Source: Candidatus Omnitrophota bacterium (GTDB lineage Bacteria; Omnitrophota; Gorgyraeia; Aquiviventales; Aquiviventaceae). From it: a stretch of DNA of 46,583 nucleotides. The DNA lies in NCBI GenBank assembly GCA_023247235.1, contig JAHFGW010000004.1:314-46896 (forward strand). The letters run 5' to 3'. This document shows, in pieces, positions 7,880-16,962 of the stretch (positions are counted from its first letter, which is position 1; each line of letters opens with the position of its first letter). The position numbers were made by a program, and so were the translations under genes. The notes beneath the pieces were generated by a model. The model saw only the letters and a list, made by a program, of their open reading frames with translations, did no database searches and was not told the origin of the DNA.

Positions 7880-9342
7880 CTGTACGACAGCGCTCCAGGC
7901 TCGTGGTTCGCGGCTCGTGGCTCGTCCTCTTGCCTCGAGCCTCCAGCCTCCCCGGCCCGCCCCTGACTAGGGCCGGGGCGGGCGAGCCTCCAGCCCACCG
8001 GCGATGGGTCCGTTCCGTTTAGCCGGTGGACGATGGCCTTGAACGCGCGGCCGCGCTCCTCAAAGTCCCGGAACATGTCGAAGCTGGCGCAGGCTGGCGA
8101 AAAGAGCACCGTATCCCCCGGGTGCGCCAGCGCCATCGCCTCGCGGATCGCCGCCTCCAGCGTCGAGGCTTCGCGCAGCTTCTCGCTCGGCCCCAGCACC
8201 AGGCGCAGCCGCGCTCGCGACTCGCCGATCAAGACGATGCCGCGAATCCGCTCTTCGCGAAGCACCATCGCCAGCGGCTCGAAGTCCAGCCCTTTGTCGC
8301 GTCCGCCCAGGATCACCACCAGGGGACCGCGCGCTTGCTGCAGCGCGAACACGAGGCTGTCGGGCGTTGTCGATTTGGAGTCGTTCACATACGTCACGCC
8401 ATGGATCCGCCCCACCGGTTCGCGCCGGTGTTCCAGCCCGCGGAACGTGCGGATGACCTGCCAGGTCAGCGGATCCGGCACGCCCAAGATCCGGCAGGTT
8501 TGCAGCACGGCCTGGGCATTGTCCCCAAGCGCCGTCTGCGTGTGCTCGCTCAGCCGCGCCCAGGGCGGATTGGTCCGGTTCTCCCCGAACCACACCACCT
8601 GCGCCCGCACGCCCTTGGCCAGCCCGGCGACCAGCGGGTCTCGCCCGTTGAAGACCGCCCAGTCGCGCGCGGTCTGCTGTTGGAACAAGCGGGCCTTCGC
8701 CTGGATATAGGCCTCGCGCTGACCGTGCCGATCGAGGTGGTTGGTTCCCAGGTTGAGCAGCACGCCGATCGCGGGCCGGAAGGTGTCGCACCGGATCAAC
8801 TGAAACGAACTCACTTCTACCACCGCCAGGCTCTGGGGCGTCAGCTGGTCGATCACGGCGCTGAAGGGTAGGCCGAGATTGCCGCAGGCGATAGCCGGCC
8901 GCCCGGTGGCGCGCACGACCTGCGCGAGCATGGTGACGACGGAGCTCTTTCCGTTGGTCCCGGTCACCGCGACCACGGACGCAGGACAGAACCGAAAGGC
9001 CAGCTCGATCTCACTGATGATGGGCAGCCCGCGGCGCGCGGCCCATTGAATCGGCGCGACGAGTTCGGCCAAGCCGGGGCTGACGACCACCAGGTCGCTG
9101 CGCTCGATCAGGGCTTCCGTGTGGCCGCCCAGCTCGACGGTTTCAACCCCCTGCGCGCGCAGCGCGGCGCCGGCTTCTTCAAGCGCCGCATGCCGCCCGG
9201 CATCCGTGACGCTGACGCGGCATCCTGCGCGGCAGAGGAGCCGCGCGGCCGCCTGGCCGCTGCGGCCCAGGCCCACGACGGCGACCCGACGCCCTTTCCA
9301 TGGAGCGCCGGCCGCGCCGTGGCGTAGGCTGCGCGAGGTCAT
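7876..9342 (-). CDS. murD: UDP-MurNAc-L-Ala--D-glutamate ligase with repeat-derived C-terminal tail
   Basis: VVGLGRSG, VTGTNGKS, EVSSFQL, NHLDRH, NDSKST, LGGRDK, SPACASFDMF; ATGA overlaps at both ends. Confidence 0.96.
   Translation of the reverse strand: MTSRSLRHGAAGAPWKGRRVAVVGLGRSGQAAARLLCRAGCRVSVTDAGRHAALEEAGAALRAQGVETVELGGHTEALIERSDLVVVSPGLAELVAPIQWAARRGLPIISEIELAFRFCPASVVAVTGTNGKSSVVTMLAQVVRATGRPAIACGNLGLPFSAVIDQLTPQSLAVVEVSSFQLIRCDTFRPAIGVLLNLGTNHLDRHGQREAYIQAKARLFQQQTARDWAVFNGRDPLVAGLAKGVRAQVVWFGENRTNPPWARLSEHTQTALGDNAQAVLQTCRILGVPDPLTWQVIRTFRGLEHRREPVGRIHGVTYVNDSKSTTPDSLVFALQQARGPLVVILGGRDKGLDFEPLAMVLREERIRGIVLIGESRARLRLVLGPSEKLREASTLEAAIREAMALAHPGDTVLFSPACASFDMFRDFEERGRAFKAIVHRLNGTDPSPVGWRLARPGPSQGRAGEAGGSRQEDEPRAANHEPGALSYR
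7892..7993. repeat. GCTCGTG/CCTCGAG heptad element with a 33-bp palindrome inserted, inside the murD 3' end
   Basis: gctccag gctcgtg gttcgcg gctcgtg gctcgtc (7892-7926), then cctcgag cctccag cctc[33 bp, 7951-7983]gag cctccag (7933-7993). Confidence 0.85.
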
Positions 9343-10325
9343 GGGAGTGCCGTGAAACCCAAGGCGGCCAGGAGCAGGCCGGCAATCCAGAAGCGCACGA
9401 TCAGTTTCGGCTCGCTGACCCCGCCCAGGTGAAAATGATGGTGCAGCGGGGCCACGCGGAAGATGCGCCGCTTGTTGCGCCACTGGTACGAGGCGACCTG
9501 CAGGATCACGGAGATCGCCTCGCACACAAACACGCCGCCGATGATGAGCAACCATAGGGACGCGCGCGAGAGCAGCGCGATGGATCCCACCGCCGCGCCC
9601 AAGCCCAAGGCGCCGACATCGCCGAGAAACACCGAGGCGGGAAAGCTGTTGAACCACAGGAATCCCACGCAGGCCCCGGCCAGCCCTGCGCACCATGGGA
9701 CCAGGGCACGAGAGCGCGGATCCGCCAGCGCCCAGATCCCCAGGCCCATCAGCGCCAGCGCGACGCAGCCCGTGGCCAAGCCGTCCATGCCATCCGTGAG
9801 GTTCACGGCATGCGCGCAACCCGCCACGACCAGCATGGCGAATGGAATCCAGCCCCAGCCCACGTCCAGCGTGCGGTGCACCCACGGCAGCTCGACCACG
9901 CGCCCGCGAGGATCGGCCAGCGCCCCGGCGCCGACCCACGCGCCCACACAGAGCGCGATGGCCAGTTTAGGGAGCGCGGGAAGGCCCGAGGCGTTCGGCC
10001 GACGGAATTTCAGCAGATCATCCAGGAAGCCGACGCCGCCGATGAGCAGGACCGCGGACAGCACCAGCCACCCATCGGGATGGCTTACGCCGCCGGCGAG
10101 GATGGCCATGGCGCCGCCCACGCCCAACAGGAGGAGGCCGCCCATGGTCGGAGTGCCCTGCTTGGCTTGCTGGTAGGGTAACAGCGGCGGGCAATCTTCG
10201 TAGCGGGCCGGCTGCACGCACCTGGCACGGGCCAGCCATCGCGTGGCCTGGCGGCCGATACACAGACAGACCCCCGCACTGCCCAGGAAGACCAGGGCAG
10301 CCTCGCGTAACGCGTGCGTCGTTAT
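9339..10325 (-). CDS. mraY: Phospho-N-acetylmuramoyl-pentapeptide transferase (start codon non-canonical or uncertain)
   Basis: KQGTPTMGG, GFLDD, NLTDGMDGL, FLGDVG, APLHHHF. The frame stays open upstream of GTG 10217 and encodes a hydrophobic first helix back to ATA 10325, which overlaps the murF TAA. Confidence 0.93.
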   Translation of the reverse strand: MTTHALREAALVFLGSAGVCLCIGRQATRWLARARCVQPARYEDCPPLLPYQQAKQGTPTMGGLLLLGVGGAMAILAGGVSHPDGWLVLSAVLLIGGVGFLDDLLKFRRPNASGLPALPKLAIALCVGAWVGAGALADPRGRVVELPWVHRTLDVGWGWIPFAMLVVAGCAHAVNLTDGMDGLATGCVALALMGLGIWALADPRSRALVPWCAGLAGACVGFLWFNSFPASVFLGDVGALGLGAAVGSIALLSRASLWLLIIGGVFVCEAISVILQVASYQWRNKRRIFRVAPLHHHFHLGGVSEPKLIVRFWIAGLLLAALGFTALP

Positions 10326-11779
10326 GATCTCCGCGACCGCTGGACGAGAAACTCCGCGACCTGTTCCAAATGCAGCCGCCGTGATCCCTTCACGAGGACT
10401 CCGTCTCCGCGTCGCAAGATGGACGGCAATCCGTGGAGCAACTCATCCACTGTCCGATAGGTGGTGATGCCGGCCGGCGTGGACCGGCGGGTATCCTGCA
10501 CGCCGCGCGCCACGTGATCGGCATACTCTCCCACCGCGATAATCTCGTCGATGCCCAGCTGCGTCGCCAACCGCCCGATGGCCTCATGGGCGGCGGGCGC
10601 GAACGAGCCCAGTTCCAGCATGTCGCCCATGATGGCGATCCGGCGCCTGGCCTGGATATCCCGCAGCATCTCCAGCGCCCGAGCGAAGGACAGCGGGTTG
10701 GCGTTGTAGCAGTCGTTCAGAATCGTCACGCCGTCGCAGCGCACCACCTCCGAGCGAAGCGGCAAAGGCAGGAAGGACGTCAGTCTGGCGCGCGCCGTCT
10801 CCAAGGGGATGCCCATGGCCCAGGCGCAGGCCAGCGCGGCGAGCGCGTTCTCGACGTTGTGGTAGCCCAGGAGGGGCACGAGGAACTGCTGGGCTCGATC
10901 CCGCAGGCGGATCGCCATGCCCGTGGGCGTCTTGACGGTCCGCCGGTCATTGGGCATGTCCACGCTGCGGACATCGACCGCCTGGATGTCGCAGCGCTCG
11001 GTGCTGCCAAAATAGACGGTGCGCACGCGAGGCGGGAGGTAGTTCCGCGCCTCCAGGCAGACGTCGAGTTGATCGCCGGGCAGCACGGCCGAGCCATCGG
11101 CCGGCAGCTCCTCCAGGAGCGACAGCTTTTCCTGCAGCACATCCATGAGCGAGCCGAAGTACTCCAAATGCGCCGGGCCGACGTTCGTGATGACCGAGAC
11201 GGTCGGCTGCGCGATCGACGCGAGGTACGCGATTTCGCCCGGATGGTTCGTGCCGAGCTCGACCACGGCCATCTCGTGCTGGTCGCTCAGCTCCAGGAGC
11301 GCCATGGGCAGCCCGATATGATTGTTCTGCGTGCCGGGATTCTTGAGGACGACTTGGGGGCCACCGAGCAGATGCGCGATCAGATCTTTCGTCGTCGTCT
11401 TGCCGCAGGAGCCGGTAATCGCCACGAGCGGGATGTCGAAGCGCTGGCGATGATACGACGCCACATCGCCCAGCCCCTGCGCGGTGTCCTCCACCACGAT
11501 CGTCGGCACGCTGCGAGCCCCGTTGGTGCAGGCCGACAGGTCCGAGACGATGAGACAGCCGGCCCCGCGATGGACCGCTTCGCTGACAAACCGATGCCCG
11601 TCAAATCGCTGGCCGCGCAGCGCGACGAAGGCCTGCCCCGGCTGCAGGCGGCGGGAGTCGATCGCGATGCCCGTGACGCTGCCCGTGCCGTCTGAGTGTT
11701 GCAGGCGGCCTTGGGTGGCTTGGACCAAGGCGTCAATCGTCCAACGCGGTGCTGGTGGCATGTGTGGGCCGAGCGTCAA
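10322..11779 (-). CDS. murF: UDP-MurNAc-tripeptide--D-Ala-D-Ala ligase
   Basis: IDSR, GQRFDGH, ITGSCGKTTTK, NNHIGLP, ELGTNHPGEI, NDCYNANP, GDMLELG, LVKGSR; start TTG 11779 or ATG 11761. Confidence 0.96.
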   Translation of the reverse strand: MTLGPHMPPAPRWTIDALVQATQGRLQHSDGTGSVTGIAIDSRRLQPGQAFVALRGQRFDGHRFVSEAVHRGAGCLIVSDLSACTNGARSVPTIVVEDTAQGLGDVASYHRQRFDIPLVAITGSCGKTTTKDLIAHLLGGPQVVLKNPGTQNNHIGLPMALLELSDQHEMAVVELGTNHPGEIAYLASIAQPTVSVITNVGPAHLEYFGSLMDVLQEKLSLLEELPADGSAVLPGDQLDVCLEARNYLPPRVRTVYFGSTERCDIQAVDVRSVDMPNDRRTVKTPTGMAIRLRDRAQQFLVPLLGYHNVENALAALACAWAMGIPLETARARLTSFLPLPLRSEVVRCDGVTILNDCYNANPLSFARALEMLRDIQARRRIAIMGDMLELGSFAPAAHEAIGRLATQLGIDEIIAVGEYADHVARGVQDTRRSTPAGITTYRTVDELLHGLPSILRRGDGVLVKGSRRLHLEQVAEFLVQRSRRS

Positions 11780-13242
11780 ATCGCGACGCTCTGTCGGCTG
11801 TTGAACACTCGTTCCACCACGTCACGGTCTGAGAACGGCACCGTGACATGGTCAAACACCTGATACGTCTCATGGCCTTTGCCGGCGATCAAGACGGTGT
11901 CATGCGGCTGCGCCAGCGCCAGGGCGGCGGCGATGGCCTGCTCTCGATCCGGCACGATTTGATACTGCTGGAAGCTCGGCGCGAACCCGGATTGGATCTG
12001 CCGGATGATCTGCTCCGGGGTTTCTCGGCGCGGGTTGTCCGACGTCAGGATGACATGGTCGGCCAGCAGGCTGGCCATGCGCCCCATGATGGGCCGCTTG
12101 GTCCCGTCCCGATTCCCGCCGCAGCCGAACACCACCAGCACCCGTCCCCGCGTCAGCTCCCGCAGGGAGAGCAGGACCAGCCGCAACGCATCCGAGGTGT
12201 GGGCGTAGTCGATCAGGACGCGAATCCCCGCATCGTTGGGCACGACGTCCATGCGTCCGGGCACCGGCGGCAGTTCTGCCAGGCCCAGCTGAATCGCCGA
12301 GGGCGCAATCCCGTGCGCCAACAACGTCGCAGCGGCCGCCGCGACGTTGTAGGCGTTATGCCGGCCTAGCAGCGGCGTCGAGAGCGGCAGGATGCCCCAG
12401 GGGGACTCGAGCGTCAGCATGATGCCGTCCCAGCTGCATTCCACATGGCGGACCCGCACGCGGGAGGCCTGCTCCAGGCCGTACGTGACGACGGAGCGCA
12501 TCGGCAGCGTCTCGGCTAAGGTGCGGCCGAAACTATCATCGACATTCAGGACCGCGTAGCCGTCCGGACGGAGCTGGTCAAAGAGCTTGCGCTTGGCGGC
12601 GGCATACGCCTCGATCGTCTTGTGATAGTCCAAATGGTCCGAGCCGAGGTTGGCGAAAATGCCCGCCGCGAAGTGCAGGCGGGCCACGCGGCCTTGCGCG
12701 AGCGCGTGGGAGGACACTTCCATCGCGCACCACTCGATGCCCTCGGCAACCATTTGCGCGAAATACCGCTGCAGCTCAAGCGGGCCCGGCGTGGTATTGG
12801 TTGACGGCACGGTGCGCTGGCCAATCTGATACACGATGGTTCCCAGCAGCCCCGCGCGCTCGCCGGCCGCCTGCAGGATGGCTTTCAGCAGATACGTAAT
12901 GGTCGTCTTGCCGTTGGTGCCGGTCACGCCAAGGAGCTTCAGCCGTTTCGTCGGGTGGCCGTAGAATTTTTCCGCGATCATCGCCAGCGCCTCCCGCGTA
13001 TCCCGCACCACCACGCACGGGCAGGCGCGCGGCAGCTGCGCCGGTAGGCGCTCGGCGACGACGGCCGCCGCGCCGCGGCTCACGGCCTCTTCGATGAACT
13101 CGTACCCATCGCGCTCGGCCCCGGGCATGGCGACGAACAGATCGCCCGGCCGGACCTGCTTGGAGTGAGCCGCCACCCCAGCGATTGGGACGGCGGCGAC
13201 CGGGGCCGCGGTCACGCCATGGAGCAAATCTCGCAGGGTCAT
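11776..13242 (-). CDS. murE: UDP-MurNAc-dipeptide--meso-diaminopimelate ligase
   Basis: VTGTNGKTT, MEVSSHAL, DHLDYH, IDYAHT, FGCGGNRD, DNPR (mDAP-type motif), AGKGHETYQ. Confidence 0.96.
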   Translation of the reverse strand: MTLRDLLHGVTAAPVAAVPIAGVAAHSKQVRPGDLFVAMPGAERDGYEFIEEAVSRGAAAVVAERLPAQLPRACPCVVVRDTREALAMIAEKFYGHPTKRLKLLGVTGTNGKTTITYLLKAILQAAGERAGLLGTIVYQIGQRTVPSTNTTPGPLELQRYFAQMVAEGIEWCAMEVSSHALAQGRVARLHFAAGIFANLGSDHLDYHKTIEAYAAAKRKLFDQLRPDGYAVLNVDDSFGRTLAETLPMRSVVTYGLEQASRVRVRHVECSWDGIMLTLESPWGILPLSTPLLGRHNAYNVAAAAATLLAHGIAPSAIQLGLAELPPVPGRMDVVPNDAGIRVLIDYAHTSDALRLVLLSLRELTRGRVLVVFGCGGNRDGTKRPIMGRMASLLADHVILTSDNPRRETPEQIIRQIQSGFAPSFQQYQIVPDREQAIAAALALAQPHDTVLIAGKGHETYQVFDHVTVPFSDRDVVERVFNSRQSVAI

Positions 13243-13243
13243 G

Positions 13244-14965
13244 TCACGTCGTCCCGACTGTGCCCGCTGGCTCTCTCCTGGGCAGGGTCCAGTAGCTAGC
13301 GAGCCCTTCCACAATGCGCTGGAACATGGGGGCGGACACCAGCCCGCCATAGTAGGCCGGCCTGGGCTCGTCCATCGCGACCACAATGACGAATGACGAG
13401 TCAGGTACCGGCCCAAAGCCAGCGAAGGAGGCTACGAAACGGCTGTGGGAGTAGCGGCCGTTCGGCTCAACTTTCTGAGCCGTCCCGGTTTTACCGGCCA
13501 CCGTGAGGCCCTGGACTTTCGCCAGCCGGCCGGTACCTGACTCAACGACGTTCACCAACAGTGACTGCACTTGTTTCGCGATTTCGGGGCGGATCACACG
13601 CGGGCCTTCCGGCGGCGCATCCGATCGCACAATCGCGCCCTCCGGCCGTTGGATCCGCTCGACCACATAGGGATGGACGCGCTGGCCGCCGTTGGCGATG
13701 ATGGCCATCATGGTGGCCAACTGGATCGGGGTCACGGCCACCTCCTGGCCAATCGGGATGATGAAGCGCGAGAGCTTCGACCATGTGGCGGTGGGCGCCA
13801 CCATGCCGGGCACCTCGCCGGGGATGTCGATCCCGCTGCGCTCCCCGAATCCGAACGCGCGCACATAGCGATAGAGCGTGTCCGGGCTCAGCCGCTGCGC
13901 GGCCTTCGACGTGCCAATATTGGACGAATAGGTGATCACATCGCGGAATGACAGGAGACCCAGGGGATGATGGTCATGCAGGACGTGGCGGCCCACCGTC
14001 GGCCAATTCCCTTCTTCGCAGTCCAGCATGTCCTCGGGGCTGACCACGCCTTCTTCAAGGACGGCCGCAGCCGTCACGACTTTGAAAACGCTCCCAGGCT
14101 CCATCAGGTCCGTCACGGCGCGATTGCGCCGCCGGTCGGCCGACGCCTGGCCGGGATCATTCGGATCGAATGTGGGACGGTTCGCCAGGGCGAGGATCGC
14201 CCCGGTGTGCGGATCCATGACCACCACCGAGCCACCGGCCGCGTGGAAGCGCTCCATGCCCCAGTCCAGCGCTTCCTCCACGACCTGCTGCACCACCCCG
14301 TCGATGGTCAGGACGATATCCGCGCCGTCGAGGGCTTCGGTCTCCTGTGTCCACGAGCCGATGAGCAGATGGCCGCGCGCGTCTCGCAGCGTGGAGCGCC
14401 ATCCGGCCTGTCCGCGCAGCATGCCATTGAGCGCCAGCTCAAGGCCCTCGAGCCCGTTCTGATCGATGTTGACGAATCCGAGGAGATGGCTCGCGAGCCG
14501 TCCGTGGGGATAGAACCGTTTCGGCTCCTCGCGAATCCCGATCCCTTCGGACCGGAGCGGATCGAGGCTCGGGGTCACCCCGGGGTCAACCTGGCGGGCG
14601 ACCCAGACGAATCCCTTGGGGCGTTGCAGGCGCTCCCGGACGGTCCTCACGTCGCGCTCGACCAAATGGGCGAGCCGCTGCGCCGTGGCGGCAGGATTGG
14701 ACACGTGGCGTGGATTGGCGTAGACGGACGGGGTCAGCACGCTCAGCGCCAGCAGCCGGCCGTTGCGGTCGTAGATGCGCCCGCGCTGCGGAATGAGCGT
14801 CTGCCAGGCGGTGTACTGTTTGTTCGCGGTGGCGGTCAGGCCGCGGGCCCCGAGCACTTGCAGCCACACGCAGCGCCCCCACAGCGTGGCGAACAGCGCG
14901 AGCGCCACGACGAACACGCCGACAATGCGTTCGTTGGTGGTGGCGGTTTTCATCACTTGATTCAC
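13244..14965 (-). CDS. ftsI: Class B penicillin-binding protein (FtsI/PBP3)
   Basis: N-terminal TM, RGRIYDRNG, RFYP, GLEGLE; SxxK (GSVFK), SxN (SSN) and KTG motifs; start 14965 or 14953. Confidence 0.95.
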   Translation of the reverse strand: MNQVMKTATTNERIVGVFVVALALFATLWGRCVWLQVLGARGLTATANKQYTAWQTLIPQRGRIYDRNGRLLALSVLTPSVYANPRHVSNPAATAQRLAHLVERDVRTVRERLQRPKGFVWVARQVDPGVTPSLDPLRSEGIGIREEPKRFYPHGRLASHLLGFVNIDQNGLEGLELALNGMLRGQAGWRSTLRDARGHLLIGSWTQETEALDGADIVLTIDGVVQQVVEEALDWGMERFHAAGGSVVVMDPHTGAILALANRPTFDPNDPGQASADRRRNRAVTDLMEPGSVFKVVTAAAVLEEGVVSPEDMLDCEEGNWPTVGRHVLHDHHPLGLLSFRDVITYSSNIGTSKAAQRLSPDTLYRYVRAFGFGERSGIDIPGEVPGMVAPTATWSKLSRFIIPIGQEVAVTPIQLATMMAIIANGGQRVHPYVVERIQRPEGAIVRSDAPPEGPRVIRPEIAKQVQSLLVNVVESGTGRLAKVQGLTVAGKTGTAQKVEPNGRYSHSRFVASFAGFGPVPDSSFVIVVAMDEPRPAYYGGLVSAPMFQRIVEGLASYWTLPRREPAGTVGTT

Positions 14966-14974
14966 TGAATTATG

Positions 14975-15280
14975 TCAATCGCTGACGTCGCCCTGCGCGA
15001 CCTGCACGGTGGCGCGCTGGCCTGAGGCGGTGTCCTCGAGCGCCGACCACGCGATCAGCTCAAGCTTGCGCTGCGCGGTCACCTGCGAGAGATAGACGGG
15101 GGATTCCAGCCCGACGACGTCAACCGTCAGCCGCGCGACGTCGGTCCGAGACTGCTCCAAGTGGCTCAACTGCTCTCCCAGCCCATAGCCTTGGGCGATA
15201 ATGCGGTGGCGCAGCGACACCTGCAGGAGGCCGCATCCCACGCAGACCGCCACCAGGACCAGCCACCGCGTGAGCTGCAT
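14975..15280 (-). CDS. ftsL: Cell division protein FtsL-like
   Basis: 101 aa, N-terminal TM plus coiled coil, located between rsmH and ftsI. Confidence 0.7.
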   Translation of the reverse strand: MQLTRWLVLVAVCVGCGLLQVSLRHRIIAQGYGLGEQLSHLEQSRTDVARLTVDVVGLESPVYLSQVTAQRKLELIAWSALEDTASGQRATVQVAQGDVSD

Positions 15281-16239
15281 CAGCGTTTCTCCACGGCGCG
15301 CAGCCGGACCGACCGCGCGCGCGGGTTGCGCGCCGTTTCCTCCGGTCCGGGCCGTACGACCTTCTTCGTCAGCCGGGTCCAGATGTGGTCCTGTTCCCCT
15401 GCGCGGAAGGCCTGCTTCACCCGGCGATCCTCCAGCGAATGAAACGACAAGATGACGGCTCGTCCCTGCCCAGGAGCCAACAGGCCAGGCAGTGCGGCCA
15501 GCGTGGCCTCCAGGGCTCCCAGCTCGTCATTGACGGCGATGCGAAGCGCTTGAAACGTCCGCGTGGCCGGGTGCAGCCGTCCCTGCCCGTCGCGACGCGG
15601 CACGGCACGCGCAATGACCCCGGCCAGTTGTGTCGTGGTCGTAAAGGGGTGCGTTCGCCTCGCGGCCACGATGGCTCGGGCGATGCGCCGGGCAAATCGA
15701 TCTTCTCCCAAGGTCTCCACCAGATGCGCGAGCCCGGCCTCAGGCAAGTCGTTGACCAGCGAGGCGGCGGTCACCGGCTGCCCCGCATCCATCCGCATGT
15801 CCAGCGGGCCTTCCCGCAAGAAGCTGAAGCCGCGCTCCGCGCGGTCGACCTGGAGGCTGGACATCCCTAGGTCGACCAGCAGCCCGTCGATGCGCGGCAC
15901 ATGCAGCTCGCGCAGCAGCGCCGGGAGTTCTCGGAAGTTTGCGCGGCGGAAGGTCACCATCCCCTGCCACTCGGTCAGTCGCTGCCGCGCGATGGCCAAT
16001 GCGGAGCCATCGCGATCGATGGCAATGAGCCGTCCGCCCGGAACCAGTCGCGGGAGGATGGCCGCGCTGTGCCCGCCGGTGCCGCAGGTGGCATCGACGA
16101 TCACTGAGCCGGGACGCGGCGCCAGGTACGTGAGCACCTCATTGACCAGGACCGGCTGATGGAAGGGTTCCGAGACTGATGCGGGTGCGTGTGCCATCAC
16201 GCTCTTGCAAACCTCTTGGACCAACACCGACATGCCCAT
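15280..16239 (-). CDS. rsmH: 16S rRNA m4C1402 methyltransferase RsmH (MraW)
   Basis: HQPVL, DATCGTGGHS, DLGMSSLQ, PLDMRMD, HPATRTFQALRI, SFHSLEDR, NPRARS; start 16239 or 16197. Confidence 0.97.
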   Translation of the reverse strand: MGMSVLVQEVCKSVMAHAPASVSEPFHQPVLVNEVLTYLAPRPGSVIVDATCGTGGHSAAILPRLVPGGRLIAIDRDGSALAIARQRLTEWQGMVTFRRANFRELPALLRELHVPRIDGLLVDLGMSSLQVDRAERGFSFLREGPLDMRMDAGQPVTAASLVNDLPEAGLAHLVETLGEDRFARRIARAIVAARRTHPFTTTTQLAGVIARAVPRRDGQGRLHPATRTFQALRIAVNDELGALEATLAALPGLLAPGQGRAVILSFHSLEDRRVKQAFRAGEQDHIWTRLTKKVVRPGPEETARNPRARSVRLRAVEKR

Positions 16240-16242
16240 TCC

Positions 16243-16680
16243 CTACTCCGGCAGCACGCGCTCTGCGATTTCCTCGAAGCTCGAGTGCGCGCTGTCATAG
16301 AAGGCTTTCCATTTCTCTTGCGCCCAGATCTCGACGCGGCTTGACACGCCGACGATCACGACGTCTTGCTTGATGTGGGCGAAGTCTTTCAGCATTTTCG
16401 GAATGAGCAGGCGTCCGAGCCGATCAATCGTCACGTCGACCGCCCCCGAGAAGAACATGCGGTTGAACTTGCGCCCTTCAGCCTTGGTGACTGAGACTTG
16501 CTTGAAGCGGGCCTCGAGCGGGCGCCACTCGGCCTCGGGGAAGAGGAACAAGCAGTCATCCAATCCGCGCGTGAGAAACAGAGTTTGGACATCATGCTGC
16601 TTAAGGGCTTGGCGGATCTTCGCGGGAATGATGAGGCGCCCTTTGCGGTCGATGGTATGCTCGAATTCGCCGTAGAACAT
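16243..16680 (-). CDS. mraZ: Transcriptional regulator MraZ
   Basis: MFYGEFEHTIDRKGRLIIP and a second DRLGRLLIP repeat; first gene of the dcw cluster. Confidence 0.97.
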   Translation of the reverse strand: MFYGEFEHTIDRKGRLIIPAKIRQALKQHDVQTLFLTRGLDDCLFLFPEAEWRPLEARFKQVSVTKAEGRKFNRMFFSGAVDVTIDRLGRLLIPKMLKDFAHIKQDVVIVGVSSRVEIWAQEKWKAFYDSAHSSFEEIAERVLPE

Positions 16681-16730
16681 CGCCGAGTCTCAGGCGCCAT
16701 CGGGTGGCGGCGTGTGTTGGAACTTCATTT

Positions 16731-16755
16731 ACCACTTTCTCCCACTTCCCTCCAC
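16731..16755 (-). promoter_or_regulatory. MraZ binding repeats
   Basis: Minus strand GTGGA-gggaa-GTGGG-agaaa-GTGGT: three GTGG boxes at 10-bp period upstream of mraZ, the known MraZ operator pattern. Confidence 0.85.
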
Positions 16756-16766
16756 AAGGTGACCCG

Positions 16767-16796
16767 ACTATACCCCGCTCCCACCACCCCTGTCAA
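16767..16796 (-). promoter_or_regulatory. Sigma70-type promoter of the dcw operon
   Basis: TTGACA (16796-16791)-N18-TATAGT (16772-16767), with an AT-rich tract upstream and MraZ boxes just downstream. Confidence 0.75.
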
Positions 16797-16962
16797 GAGC
16801 GTGGACATAATTTTTTATAAGAGAGCGAAAGAAAACTGAAGCGTGCGTAGCGGTGCCGTCTCGCGCTCGCGTAAAGCGGGCAAGCCCCGTGCCAGATCCC
16901 GAGAGGGGACGGGATAGGCGGAGGGAGGGTTACGGTCAGGGGGCCAAGAGGTTACGGAAGGC

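Noticed and set aside
10916-10958. CATGCCC/GGGCATG hairpin over a possible 11-aa insertion in MurF
   Set aside because: A 7-bp stem is plausible by chance at this GC content, and the insertion cannot be confirmed without an alignment.
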